Assembly: GCA_031414595.1 (NCBI GenBank)
Contig: JANNVX010000034.1
Coordinates: 1-21,122 of the forward strand
Direction of reading: 5' to 3'
DNA from: Deinococcales bacterium
Lineage (GTDB): Bacteria; Deinococcota; Deinococci; Deinococcales; JAAFIG01
Length of the DNA stretch: 21,122 nucleotides
The translations under genes were made by a program, and so were the position numbers. How positions within the stretch are numbered: position 1 is the stretch's first letter; each line of letters opens with the position of its first letter. Positions 8,701 to 15,460 of this stretch are shown here, in pieces. Below the pieces are notes generated by a model, which saw only the letters and a program-made list of their open reading frames with translations, was not told the origin of the DNA and made no database searches.

Positions 8701-10139
8701 GTCCGCACATCTAATTCAAAAGGTTCGCCTGCATTAAATAAGTAACGTGTGGTTCGCGAAGAGACCCGCACCGAACTTGGATAGGCATAAATATCCACAT
8801 AGCGCTCGAGTAAATTCCGAGATTCATCTTCAATTTGTACAAAGACGGTGTAACGCACAGGGAAAGCAAATGTATTAACTTCAAATGGCAACTCGAGTTT
8901 TAATTTTCCGTTTGCATCGAGGGCGGTCACTTGTTCAAAGATGATTTTATTGTCGTATGCACCGTACTCTTCCGAATACGCAAAGCCAAAATCCTTATAA
9001 TTGGGGTCATCTTTGGTAAAACTTGAAGCCCTCGAGAAGGTTACTTTAACCCGCCCGTTGCTCATGCCCCCACCAAAAAGATAATTTGCACTGACCTCGA
9101 GTGGTGAACGTGTGCCTTGCAGCACCACCAAGGGTGTTTTTAGGGTCATGTCAAAGTCTGGCTTAACGTATTCCTGTACAGCAAAATCGGCTAAGCTGCG
9201 CGAGTCATCTAAGCCCTCAAAAGTACAGGCGGCTTGCCCTTCGGGGTTGATATGAATTCTGTAATTGTACGATGAGACTCGAGCCGAAGGGCGGAGTAAA
9301 AAACGCCCAGCAAACGTACCGTAAGCGTTGGTCTCGAGCGTTAGCTGGCTTAGTTCTTGTTCACCAAAACACAAGGCAGCACTGATTGGGCGCTTGACCA
9401 AAGGTACAAGGGTTTTATCGAATCGAAAATTCCCACGAAACTCTATTGAATCACCCGGACGGTACATGGTGCGGTCTGTTTGCCCCGTAAAGACATATTT
9501 TTGCGCCAAGCCATACGCCCACGACGAATTGACGACCGCAAAATTCTGCCCCGTTTGCGCCACCACAATCACTTCTTTTTCTGGCACGGGCAAGAGCAAT
9601 AAACCATTTGCATTGGTTGCCAGTTCACGCATGGTTTTAGCTTGCACCAGCCAAATTTTGGCACTACGTTTCTGCCCAGAGATTCGGTTTAAGGTTAAAA
9701 TTCGTAAATCCTGCGGTGATTGCTTGGTGATTATTCCTAAATCTGAAACCAGCACCACACTCGAGCCTCGCTTTGCACCAAACCGAGCTTCTACTTGGTA
9801 CAAACCAGCCGACAAACGCCCAAGCGTGACTTCAGTATCGCCTTCACCTAAGGTTTTATTAACTCGAGACACTTCGGTACGCTTTGCACCATTTGGAATG
9901 GTCGGAGACTGCCACGAGACCAACCAACCGTTTCGCAAAATCTCGAGCGGATTAGAAAAACGCGAAATGATAAAATTGATTTGCACCGAGGTCTTTGCCC
10001 CGTGGTAAATGTCTAAAGTCACAATTTGGTCTGGCGAAAACGTTCCTCTTGAACCAACTGAGAGTTCATTGTCCTGAGCCGAAACAAAAGCCCAACCTAA
10101 GAGCAGCACCGCCAGCCACCAAAAACGAATTCGAGTCAT
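5730..10139 (-). CDS. Bacterial alpha-2-macroglobulin family protein
   Basis: 1469 aa with signal peptide. TDRTMYRPGD (MG2), LAVVDEG, VRKDFRDTALW, PDNLTTWRITA, thioester motif YPYGCTEQ, DGGWGFW, C-terminal AELMYDP. Confidence 0.96.
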   Translation of the reverse strand: MTRIRFWWLAVLLLGWAFVSAQDNELSVGSRGTFSPDQIVTLDIYHGAKTSVQINFIISRFSNPLEILRNGWLVSWQSPTIPNGAKRTEVSRVNKTLGEGDTEVTLGRLSAGLYQVEARFGAKRGSSVVLVSDLGIITKQSPQDLRILTLNRISGQKRSAKIWLVQAKTMRELATNANGLLLLPVPEKEVIVVAQTGQNFAVVNSSWAYGLAQKYVFTGQTDRTMYRPGDSIEFRGNFRFDKTLVPLVKRPISAALCFGEQELSQLTLETNAYGTFAGRFLLRPSARVSSYNYRIHINPEGQAACTFEGLDDSRSLADFAVQEYVKPDFDMTLKTPLVVLQGTRSPLEVSANYLFGGGMSNGRVKVTFSRASSFTKDDPNYKDFGFAYSEEYGAYDNKIIFEQVTALDANGKLKLELPFEVNTFAFPVRYTVFVQIEDESRNLLERYVDIYAYPSSVRVSSRTTRYLFNAGEPFELDVRTRNLQGAIANSSVELQLFRQEYIQGSVLKDGQRQTTWTLKETPLEKRTVQTRSGTARVVFKPSLGGGYVVRARTKDAAGRLSKAETFAWQLAQNENWGWNVDYAQVRLNKTSYQVGETVTALIMGVPVRVDAWVSLEADSVLQTRLIRTTRSTFVYSFKVTSAMQPNVYLQISYLHLGIPYGTQYGGGANVSVPKDDQRLTLEILPSKTRYAPSETGQLELKVSNAAKQPVQTELSLAVVDEGIYLLREDGTPNPFDIFHGDRPNLIGTVSSEDMDGELGGGGDGEGDTRATRADNDTGRVRKDFRDTALWLGSVITDANGIAKVPVLYPDNLTTWRITARGQTLNGAAGESKAQTLVTKDILARIAKPEFLVRGDSTTLRGIVNNNLAQNANGVFTFNLLGLSSSRALEGRLEIPANTRASFETQITATNLGQAKIQGAYTSLLGSDALELPLAVKPRGFSATQTWAGDTGNKQKTFILPEDARLESAQLHISLTPSLLSAVQPALERLIAYPYGCTEQTLARFIPAMLAAEIAPRDDLPDLLEAGLARLETLRHSDGGWGFWSHDQSAMDMTASVVLSLARLQKQKIPRERYAFLLDGGIKWLRDNLKNTSFSRGSRALAHRALAEAQSPDLETMQIFAAVPDLEPYHLAQLALAYHSLSRPEQAKNLLERLKATRIERDSTVQWQRPKNPYRWNYYWDDNPILVTATALEALSLLESKSPLISKAINYLLQARRGDWWVSTADTSAIISAALTLPKPSTSSQQVKVRLNGKTIAEPTVTAAGISLDLEPALSNGENTLEIVGDLTYGVRLEYTREPSRLDNENNGIQVKRTYERLEKTWSEAAQAWEYSPKPLIQNGVAQAIKVGDLILVNLEINPESGSMRHAQIIEPVPAGFQAVPMDTINLLGIKNPKTSFGTASDWDNWYAARDIYADRVEMFAQSLEDRNQFRVVLRAQTAGTYTHLPSSAELMYDPEIRGRSSAATLTVRE

Positions 10140-10173
10140 AACAGCAGTCTACGCGGTCAGATGAAAAATGTTC

Positions 10174-11307
10174 TTATCCAACTCGAGCCAGTATAAATTT
10201 TAAGTACCTTCCCTCAAAAAAAGTCACGGGATGATCCATGGCTTGTCCGTTTTCTTGGACAATTTGCATTTGGCGCTTGCAATCGCTGGTGGACTCGAGA
10301 ATAATTTCCTTAAACACCTCGGGCGAAATTTGACTGGTACAACTGGCAGTCGCCAGTAAACCTCCTGCTCGAGTGCATTTGATGGCTAGGGCATTGAGTT
10401 TTTTGTAGGCTCTGGCGGCGGCATAACGGTTGTCTTTACTTTTTGCAAGGCTCGGCGGGTCGAGAATCACCAAATCAAATTGCTTGCCTTCTTGGACAAA
10501 TTGCTCGAGCAGCTTAAAACAATCAGCCGCCAAGAATTCGTGCTTGGTGGAATCAAAACCGTTCAAATCAAAATTTCTGGCAGCATCACGCATCGCGGCA
10601 CTGGCAATATCAACACTGGTAATCTGGTTTGCGCCGCCCCTTGCCGCGTACAAACTAAATGCGCCAGTGTAGGCAAATAAGTTCAGCACAGTTTTATCTT
10701 TTGATAATTTCTCGAGGGCAGCGCGGTTGTCACGGTGGTCTAGGAATAACCCAGTCTTTTGACCGTCGTAAAGGTTAGCAATAATCTTTAAGCCATTCTC
10801 GAGAATCGTCACTTCGGGCGGTGGCAACGAACCCCACAGTGCGGTCAGTTCTTTATCCTCGTCGCGCCGCAGAATTCCTTTTAAGCCGCTTTTACTCAAG
10901 GCTTTGACCACATCTGGCACAATTGTCTCGAGACAGTCGGCATAGGTTTGCAGCACCGCGTAACGCTCGTACTTGTCTACCGTGATGCCGGGCAGGAAAT
11001 CGTTTTCGCCACTAATGAGGCGGTAGGCATTGGTGCTTATGTCAAAAATTTCTTTGCGCCACTCGAGGGCGCTGTAGACTTTTTGGGCAATCATGGCACT
11101 GCTTGGTTCTTCGCGTCCAAAAAGCCGAATCGCAATCGTGCTGTTATCGTCGTACAAGCCGTAAGCGCTGGCACGACCGGCTTGGACTTTGACCCATTCG
11201 CCAGTCTCGAGGTCGTGGCGTGGCAAATGATTGTGGTAAACCCACGGATGACCATTTTGGATACTCTGCTCGAGTTGCGGATTGATGTGTAGGGTTGGAA
11301 TTGCCAT
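10174..11307 (-). CDS. Class I SAM-dependent rRNA m5C methyltransferase, RlmI-like
   Basis: GHPWVY PUA-like N-terminus, GQKTGLFLDHRDNR, VLNLFAYTGAFS, FDLVILDPPS, SCT, DHP, EGRYLK. Confidence 0.9.
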   Translation of the reverse strand: MAIPTLHINPQLEQSIQNGHPWVYHNHLPRHDLETGEWVKVQAGRASAYGLYDDNSTIAIRLFGREEPSSAMIAQKVYSALEWRKEIFDISTNAYRLISGENDFLPGITVDKYERYAVLQTYADCLETIVPDVVKALSKSGLKGILRRDEDKELTALWGSLPPPEVTILENGLKIIANLYDGQKTGLFLDHRDNRAALEKLSKDKTVLNLFAYTGAFSLYAARGGANQITSVDIASAAMRDAARNFDLNGFDSTKHEFLAADCFKLLEQFVQEGKQFDLVILDPPSLAKSKDNRYAAARAYKKLNALAIKCTRAGGLLATASCTSQISPEVFKEIILESTSDCKRQMQIVQENGQAMDHPVTFFEGRYLKFILARVG

Positions 11308-11338
11308 ACCCTAAGTTACCACCAATTTAATGATTTCT

Positions 11339-11368
11339 CACACAACTTACTCAAGTGAGTATAGTGTG
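11339..11368. promoter_or_regulatory. Palindromic site overlapping a -10-like hexamer upstream of the DUF692 gene
   Basis: CACAC-aact-TACTCA-ag-TGAGTA-ta-GTGTG, with TATAGT at 11360-11365 and SD GGAG at 11391. Confidence 0.45.
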
Positions 11369-11399
11369 TAAATAACTCAAAGTAGTAACGGAGATAAAT

Positions 11400-12323
11400 A
11401 TGATTAGCCTCGCCGCCAATGACTCAAGCGCTCTTCGTAGTTTGTTACGCAAAATCAATCCACCACTGGATTATGTCAAAGTTGCACTCGAGCGCGAGAT
11501 GGACACACAACTGATTAGCGCCCGAAATCTGCGCCCGGTGCTGCTGCATGGTTGTGGCGACTATTGGCGAATTGGAATGCCAGAACTCCCCAATTTTGAG
11601 CGATTAAAGAACTGGATTGCCACCAGCAACACTCCGTATTTATCGGTTCACTTGGATTTACAACCCGAAGATATGCCAAACCTGACACCCGGGGCGGCTT
11701 TAGAGCAAATTGCCACCAACATAGAAATTTTGCACCAAGAAACTGGCTTAGAAGTCGCCCTCGAGAATGTGGCACACTATGCTTGGTCAGAACGCCCGAG
11801 TTTTATTTCTGACCCAGCTTGGATAACTGCCGCCATCGAAATCACCGAAGCGCCGTTTTTACTCGATATTGCCCATGCCAGAGTCAGTGCTGCCCACCGA
11901 GGCGAAAACGCCGAAAAGTACATGGATGCCCTGCCGCTCGAATCAATTCTCGAGATTCACACCAGCGCCCCGCGTATGGAAACTGAAGGGCTGCGTGACC
12001 GCCACTTATCCATGCAGCAGTGCGAATTTGATTGGCTTGAATGGGTCTTGGCTCGAGCCACCAAGACCAAAACCATCACCCTCGAGTACGCTGGAATCCC
12101 AGACATTGGTCACACCCGCGAAGGCAAAGAAATCCGTATCCCACGCAATGACTCTGGCTTACTGCTCGAGAATCTTGCCAAACTGGATTTGTTGCGTAAG
12201 CGTCTGGCTGGAAAACTCCGAGAAGCCCCGCGCTTGCCACAAGGCTGGCATTTGGATCAACGCCGCACCCCGAAACGTGAAGAGGAGCTGAGTTTAAGCA
12301 GCATCCGCGCCATGGGGTATTAG
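11400..12323 (+). CDS. DUF692 / multinuclear non-heme iron-dependent oxidative enzyme (MNIO)-like TIM-barrel protein
   Basis: Ordered motifs LHG, LSVHL, ALENV, FLLDIAHARVSA, LPLESILEIHTS, DRH and ITLEY match the DUF692 metal-ligand pattern. There is an extra ~40-aa C-terminal tail. Confidence 0.8.
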   Translation: MISLAANDSSALRSLLRKINPPLDYVKVALEREMDTQLISARNLRPVLLHGCGDYWRIGMPELPNFERLKNWIATSNTPYLSVHLDLQPEDMPNLTPGAALEQIATNIEILHQETGLEVALENVAHYAWSERPSFISDPAWITAAIEITEAPFLLDIAHARVSAAHRGENAEKYMDALPLESILEIHTSAPRMETEGLRDRHLSMQQCEFDWLEWVLARATKTKTITLEYAGIPDIGHTREGKEIRIPRNDSGLLLENLAKLDLLRKRLAGKLREAPRLPQGWHLDQRRTPKREEELSLSSIRAMGY

Positions 12324-12352
12324 CGGCAGGGGTAAATAGAGTCAAAACCCTT

Positions 12353-12380
12353 TCATCCAATTTGTCCTTGAGTTGCGTAT
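12353..12380 (+). promoter_or_regulatory. Putative ECF-type (autoregulatory) promoter TCATCC-N17-CGTA
   Basis: TCATCC (12353-12358) and CGTA (12376-12379) resemble (T/C)(G/C)ATCC...CGTA/CGAA promoters of SigK-/RpoE-like ECFs and lie just upstream of the ECF gene. Confidence 0.45.
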
Positions 12381-12430
12381 ACCTTTTGATGATGTTCTCT
12401 TTTCGAGCTTTTACACCGTATACTTGGCAA

Positions 12431-13036
12431 ATGGCTAATCTGCCTCCAGATACCGATTCCAGTACAAGTACAGATGAGTTCTTATTGGCACAAGTGGCAC
12501 TTGGCAGCGAAGCAGCTTTGACAACGCTTTATCAGCGTTTCTCGAGACGGGTTCATTCTTTGGCGCGGCGGATTTTGGGCAGTCAATCAGAAGCCGACGA
12601 CATCACCCAAGAGGTTTTTGTAAAACTCTGGGAAAAAGCGAACGTTTTTTTTGAACAACGCGGCAGTGCGGCTGCATGGCTGATGACAATTGCCCATCAT
12701 GCCAGCATAGATGCACTTCGCCGTCGTAATGCTCGGCGCATAGACACAGCAGAAGAAGATTTAGGGCGGTTTTTTCTCGAGCCAAATCACGACCCGCTTG
12801 AACAAGCGATGTTGTCTCGGGCTTTAACGGTACTGAGCAGTGGTGAGCGTGAACTGATTGAATTGGCATTCTTTGCGGGTTTTAGTCATTCCCAAATTGC
12901 CAAAAAAACCGAGTTGCCTTTGGGAACAATTAAATCGCGTTTGCGTTTAGGACTCGAGAAATTAGCCAAAGCACTTGGCGCAAGCGAAGCCAATTTACTG
13001 CAAGCCCAGACTGACTCAAAGATGGTGGAATCATGA
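12431..13036 (+). CDS. ECF sigma-70 factor, SigK-like
   Basis: DE.LL..VA.G...AL..LY.RF, ADDITQEVFVKLW, F...RGSAAAWLMTIAH...ID.LRR, LAFFAGFSHSQIA....LPLGTIKSRLRLGL.KL. Start at 12431 from TATACT-N6-ATG; an alternative in-frame ATG is at 12389. Confidence 0.93.
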   Translation: MANLPPDTDSSTSTDEFLLAQVALGSEAALTTLYQRFSRRVHSLARRILGSQSEADDITQEVFVKLWEKANVFFEQRGSAAAWLMTIAHHASIDALRRRNARRIDTAEEDLGRFFLEPNHDPLEQAMLSRALTVLSSGERELIELAFFAGFSHSQIAKKTELPLGTIKSRLRLGLEKLAKALGASEANLLQAQTDSKMVES

Positions 13037-13896
13037 TTGCGCCTTTGCCATTAAACGAAGCCGCCAGACTCGAGGCATTGTATCGGTACAGCATTTTAGA
13101 CACACCACCTGAAAATATTTTCGATGCCTTAGCTGCCGAAGTTGCGGCTGCCTTAGATGCGCCGATTGCGGTGATTGGTTTTATAGACCAAACACGACAT
13201 TGGTTCAAAGCAAAATTTGGTACTCAAGTCACCGTCAACACGAGGGACTGGGCAACTTGCGCTCATACGATTTACCAAGCTGCGCCTTTGGTTACACCAG
13301 ACGTTCGGCTCGAGCCACGTTTTGCCAACATGCCACCACTTGGGCAAGCAGGGATTCTGGCATACGCTGGAGCGCCTATTCTCAATACTGATGGCTGTGC
13401 GATTGGGACAGTCTGTGTTTTTGACCAAAAAACCCGTCCTTTTACGGCTTTACAAATCCAGCAGCTCGAGCAGTTTGCGGCTCAGGTGCTGCAAATGCTG
13501 GAAACTCGTGTGCGCCTTGAAGAATCGGCGGGTATTGAAATCGTTTCGCAATTTGTACCGTCAAGTCAGCCCAACGCAGGACTCGAGAACAAAATCCTTG
13601 AACGGGTTCGGCAACAAGTTCAGGCGGCTGAGGCTCGACTTGAACGCCTTGGTTCGGGGCAAATGCGGCTGCATGTGGATACTGTTAAACCCGAAACCAT
13701 GCACTGGCAAGTCTGGAGTATGAATCCGTTTGAGGCTGCCCCTCGTCCGATACAAAGTTTTGAATCTGTCAGTACCGACTTTTTTGTTCCAGAACAAACC
13801 CGTGTGGTGATGGTTTCACTCGAGCCAATCGGAGCAACACCAGTGTATCCAACCAAGGTGATGTCAGTTTTAGCCCTCGAGTTGCAGCATAATTAA
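13033..13896 (+). CDS. GAF domain fused to an RskA-like (anti-sigma-K) C-terminal region; putative soluble anti-sigma factor
   Basis: ATGA-coupled to the ECF. aa 1-160 GAF (EAARLEALYRYSILDTPPE..FD; WFKA; CAHTI; YAGAPI....G..IGTVCVFD..PR-like). Then 'PSSQPNAGLENKILERV' and 'WQVW....AAPRPI...VMVSLEPIGATPVYPTKV'. No hydrophobic TM stretch. Confidence 0.72.
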   Translation: MIAPLPLNEAARLEALYRYSILDTPPENIFDALAAEVAAALDAPIAVIGFIDQTRHWFKAKFGTQVTVNTRDWATCAHTIYQAAPLVTPDVRLEPRFANMPPLGQAGILAYAGAPILNTDGCAIGTVCVFDQKTRPFTALQIQQLEQFAAQVLQMLETRVRLEESAGIEIVSQFVPSSQPNAGLENKILERVRQQVQAAEARLERLGSGQMRLHVDTVKPETMHWQVWSMNPFEAAPRPIQSFESVSTDFFVPEQTRVVMVSLEPIGATPVYPTKVMSVLALELQHN

Positions 13897-14058
13897 CAGA
13901 AAGACTCGAAACTAGAGCAACCACACTCACCACTATGAGGTCTCAGGGTTGTGTTTGGTGTGACTACGGTGACTGGATTTGTCTGGGGGCTTGGGGGGTC
14001 TCGAGGGCGAGTTGACCAGATTTGGTGATGTCAAACGGTTGTTGCACAGACCACGGCG

Positions 14059-14087
14059 TTGACAAGCACAATTGGACACTCTAAACT
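14059..14087 (+). promoter_or_regulatory. Sigma70 promoter of the TA operon (leaderless)
   Basis: TTGACA (14059-14064) - 17 nt - TAAACT (14082-14087) - 6 nt - GTG 14094. The spacer contains CAATTG. Confidence 0.8.
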
Positions 14088-14093
14088 ACCCTT

Positions 14094-14516
14094 GTGTTTC
14101 GTATCGCCTACCCTTACGACCCAGATGAACTCGAGGCAAAACACCCACCTTTTGTTCAAGATTTAATTGCCATGCACGAAGCAAATCAACTTCAAGCCCT
14201 GATGGAAATTAGCAAAATGATTGCTGCCCTAAAACAGCTCGGACTCAAATCTGGTTTTACCAAGAAAATGTTTGATTCCCCGCTTTACGAATTAAAAACC
14301 CATTCTCGAGGTGGACAAAAAGGTGGCGCTCGAGCGTACTTATTTCGTAGCAATGATAATTTCTTAATTTGTCGTGCCGAGTGTAAAGTCAGTAACCAAC
14401 CAGACCCAGAATTACTCGAATCAGCCGCTTATATTTTGCTTGCCTTTAAGACAGGACGACCGGTATTTCCAGCATGGATGAAAAACCCAATTCAAATTCT
14501 TGGAGATAACTTATGA
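14094..14516 (+). CDS. RelE/HigB-like (Gp49-type) type II toxin
   Basis: 'L...G......KKM..SPLYELK......GARAYLF......ICRA..K' RelE-like pattern. Immediately upstream of and overlapping an HTH gene. Confidence 0.68.
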   Translation: MFRIAYPYDPDELEAKHPPFVQDLIAMHEANQLQALMEISKMIAALKQLGLKSGFTKKMFDSPLYELKTHSRGGQKGGARAYLFRSNDNFLICRAECKVSNQPDPELLESAAYILLAFKTGRPVFPAWMKNPIQILGDNL

Positions 14517-14893
14517 AAAACCTTGAAGCCAGAAAAGCTGCCCTAGCCACAGTCCTTGCAATGCGTGAAGATAACATCATTCCGGATGTGCCAACCTTTA
14601 TCCCAGAAGCGAATCCTGATATTTTACTCGAGACAGTCCAACAGGCATATATTGCCCATAAAATCGGTGATTTACTCGAGATGGCACGAAAACAACGCAA
14701 AATTGGTAAACGCCAACTTGCTAGAGCTTTAGAAACCAGTCATGGAAGAATCACAGCCTTAGAGAACGCTGTTAATCTCGAATTAAAAAGTATTACGGCT
14801 GTAGCCAGCGAACTTGGTTTTGACGTGCAAGTTAATTTAATACCTCGAGATGGTGGAACAAGTTTAGGTGCAATGTTGCATAGTGGTCATTAA
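14513..14893 (+). CDS. XRE-HTH antitoxin (HigA-like)
   Basis: 'IGDLLEMARKQRKIGKRQLARALETSHGRITALENAVNLELKSITAVASELGFDVQVNL'. ATGA overlap with the toxin; SD GGAG. Confidence 0.8.
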   Translation: MKNLEARKAALATVLAMREDNIIPDVPTFIPEANPDILLETVQQAYIAHKIGDLLEMARKQRKIGKRQLARALETSHGRITALENAVNLELKSITAVASELGFDVQVNLIPRDGGTSLGAMLHSGH

Positions 14894-15091
14894 GCCAACG
14901 GGCATTACAATGTGAAACTCGAGCGGATGCTGAAAGTGGCTTAGGTACTCACCTAGGCTCTAGGCTCGCAATTCTGGACAGTCATTGTGACCCTGATTGC
15001 TGGTTTAATTGCCGCAATTATGAGCATCCTCATTAACCACACAACCCAAGAGAAACTAAACTTCGCCATTTCTGACGGGGTTTTTCTCGAA

Positions 15092-15418
15092 TTAAAGATT
15101 ATTTTGTTTAGAAATTCGTAATTGATTTGATCGTTCTGCGCTTAGGTCTAAATCATTCCGAACAAACTCTTGAGGAACATTCCTATAGGTAATACTAAGT
15201 TTTTTTCCACACCAAGGACAAAACTGAATACTACTCTCTTCGGCAAATACAACACGTACATCTTCATTGAATGTAAGAAATTCGCCATCGTCAACAATTC
15301 TAAATTGCATGAAAAATTCTGATTCTGAATTCTCAGATTTTTTGATACATAAACTTAAACCGCGTAAGCCAGCAAACTCAAAGCGAAACTTAAATTTTTG
15401 ACAACACCAATTCATCAT
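15092..15418 (-). CDS. Small Cys-rich hypothetical protein (WCC...IQFCPWCG), possibly DUF6980-like
   Basis: SD AGAGG upstream; CC near the N-terminus and CPWCG zinc-ribbon-like motif; AT-rich relative to neighbours. Confidence 0.65.
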   Translation of the reverse strand: MMNWCCQKFKFRFEFAGLRGLSLCIKKSENSESEFFMQFRIVDDGEFLTFNEDVRVVFAEESSIQFCPWCGKKLSITYRNVPQEFVRNDLDLSAERSNQLRISKQNNL

Positions 15419-15460
15419 CTACCTCTATTTTAGGGACGTGGCTTAAAGTAAGGGCAAGTA

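Noticed and set aside
13217-13723. 168-aa alternate-frame ORF inside the GAF gene, with a CCKC motif (also 11869..12291 inside DUF692)
   Set aside because: Fully overlaps a well-supported CDS on the same strand, with no start signal or domain pattern.
13897-14058. Possible structured ncRNA or riboswitch in the CA-rich then GT-rich intergenic region
   Set aside because: Only weak, imperfect pairing by eye and no recognisable family motif; needs an Infernal/Rfam search.
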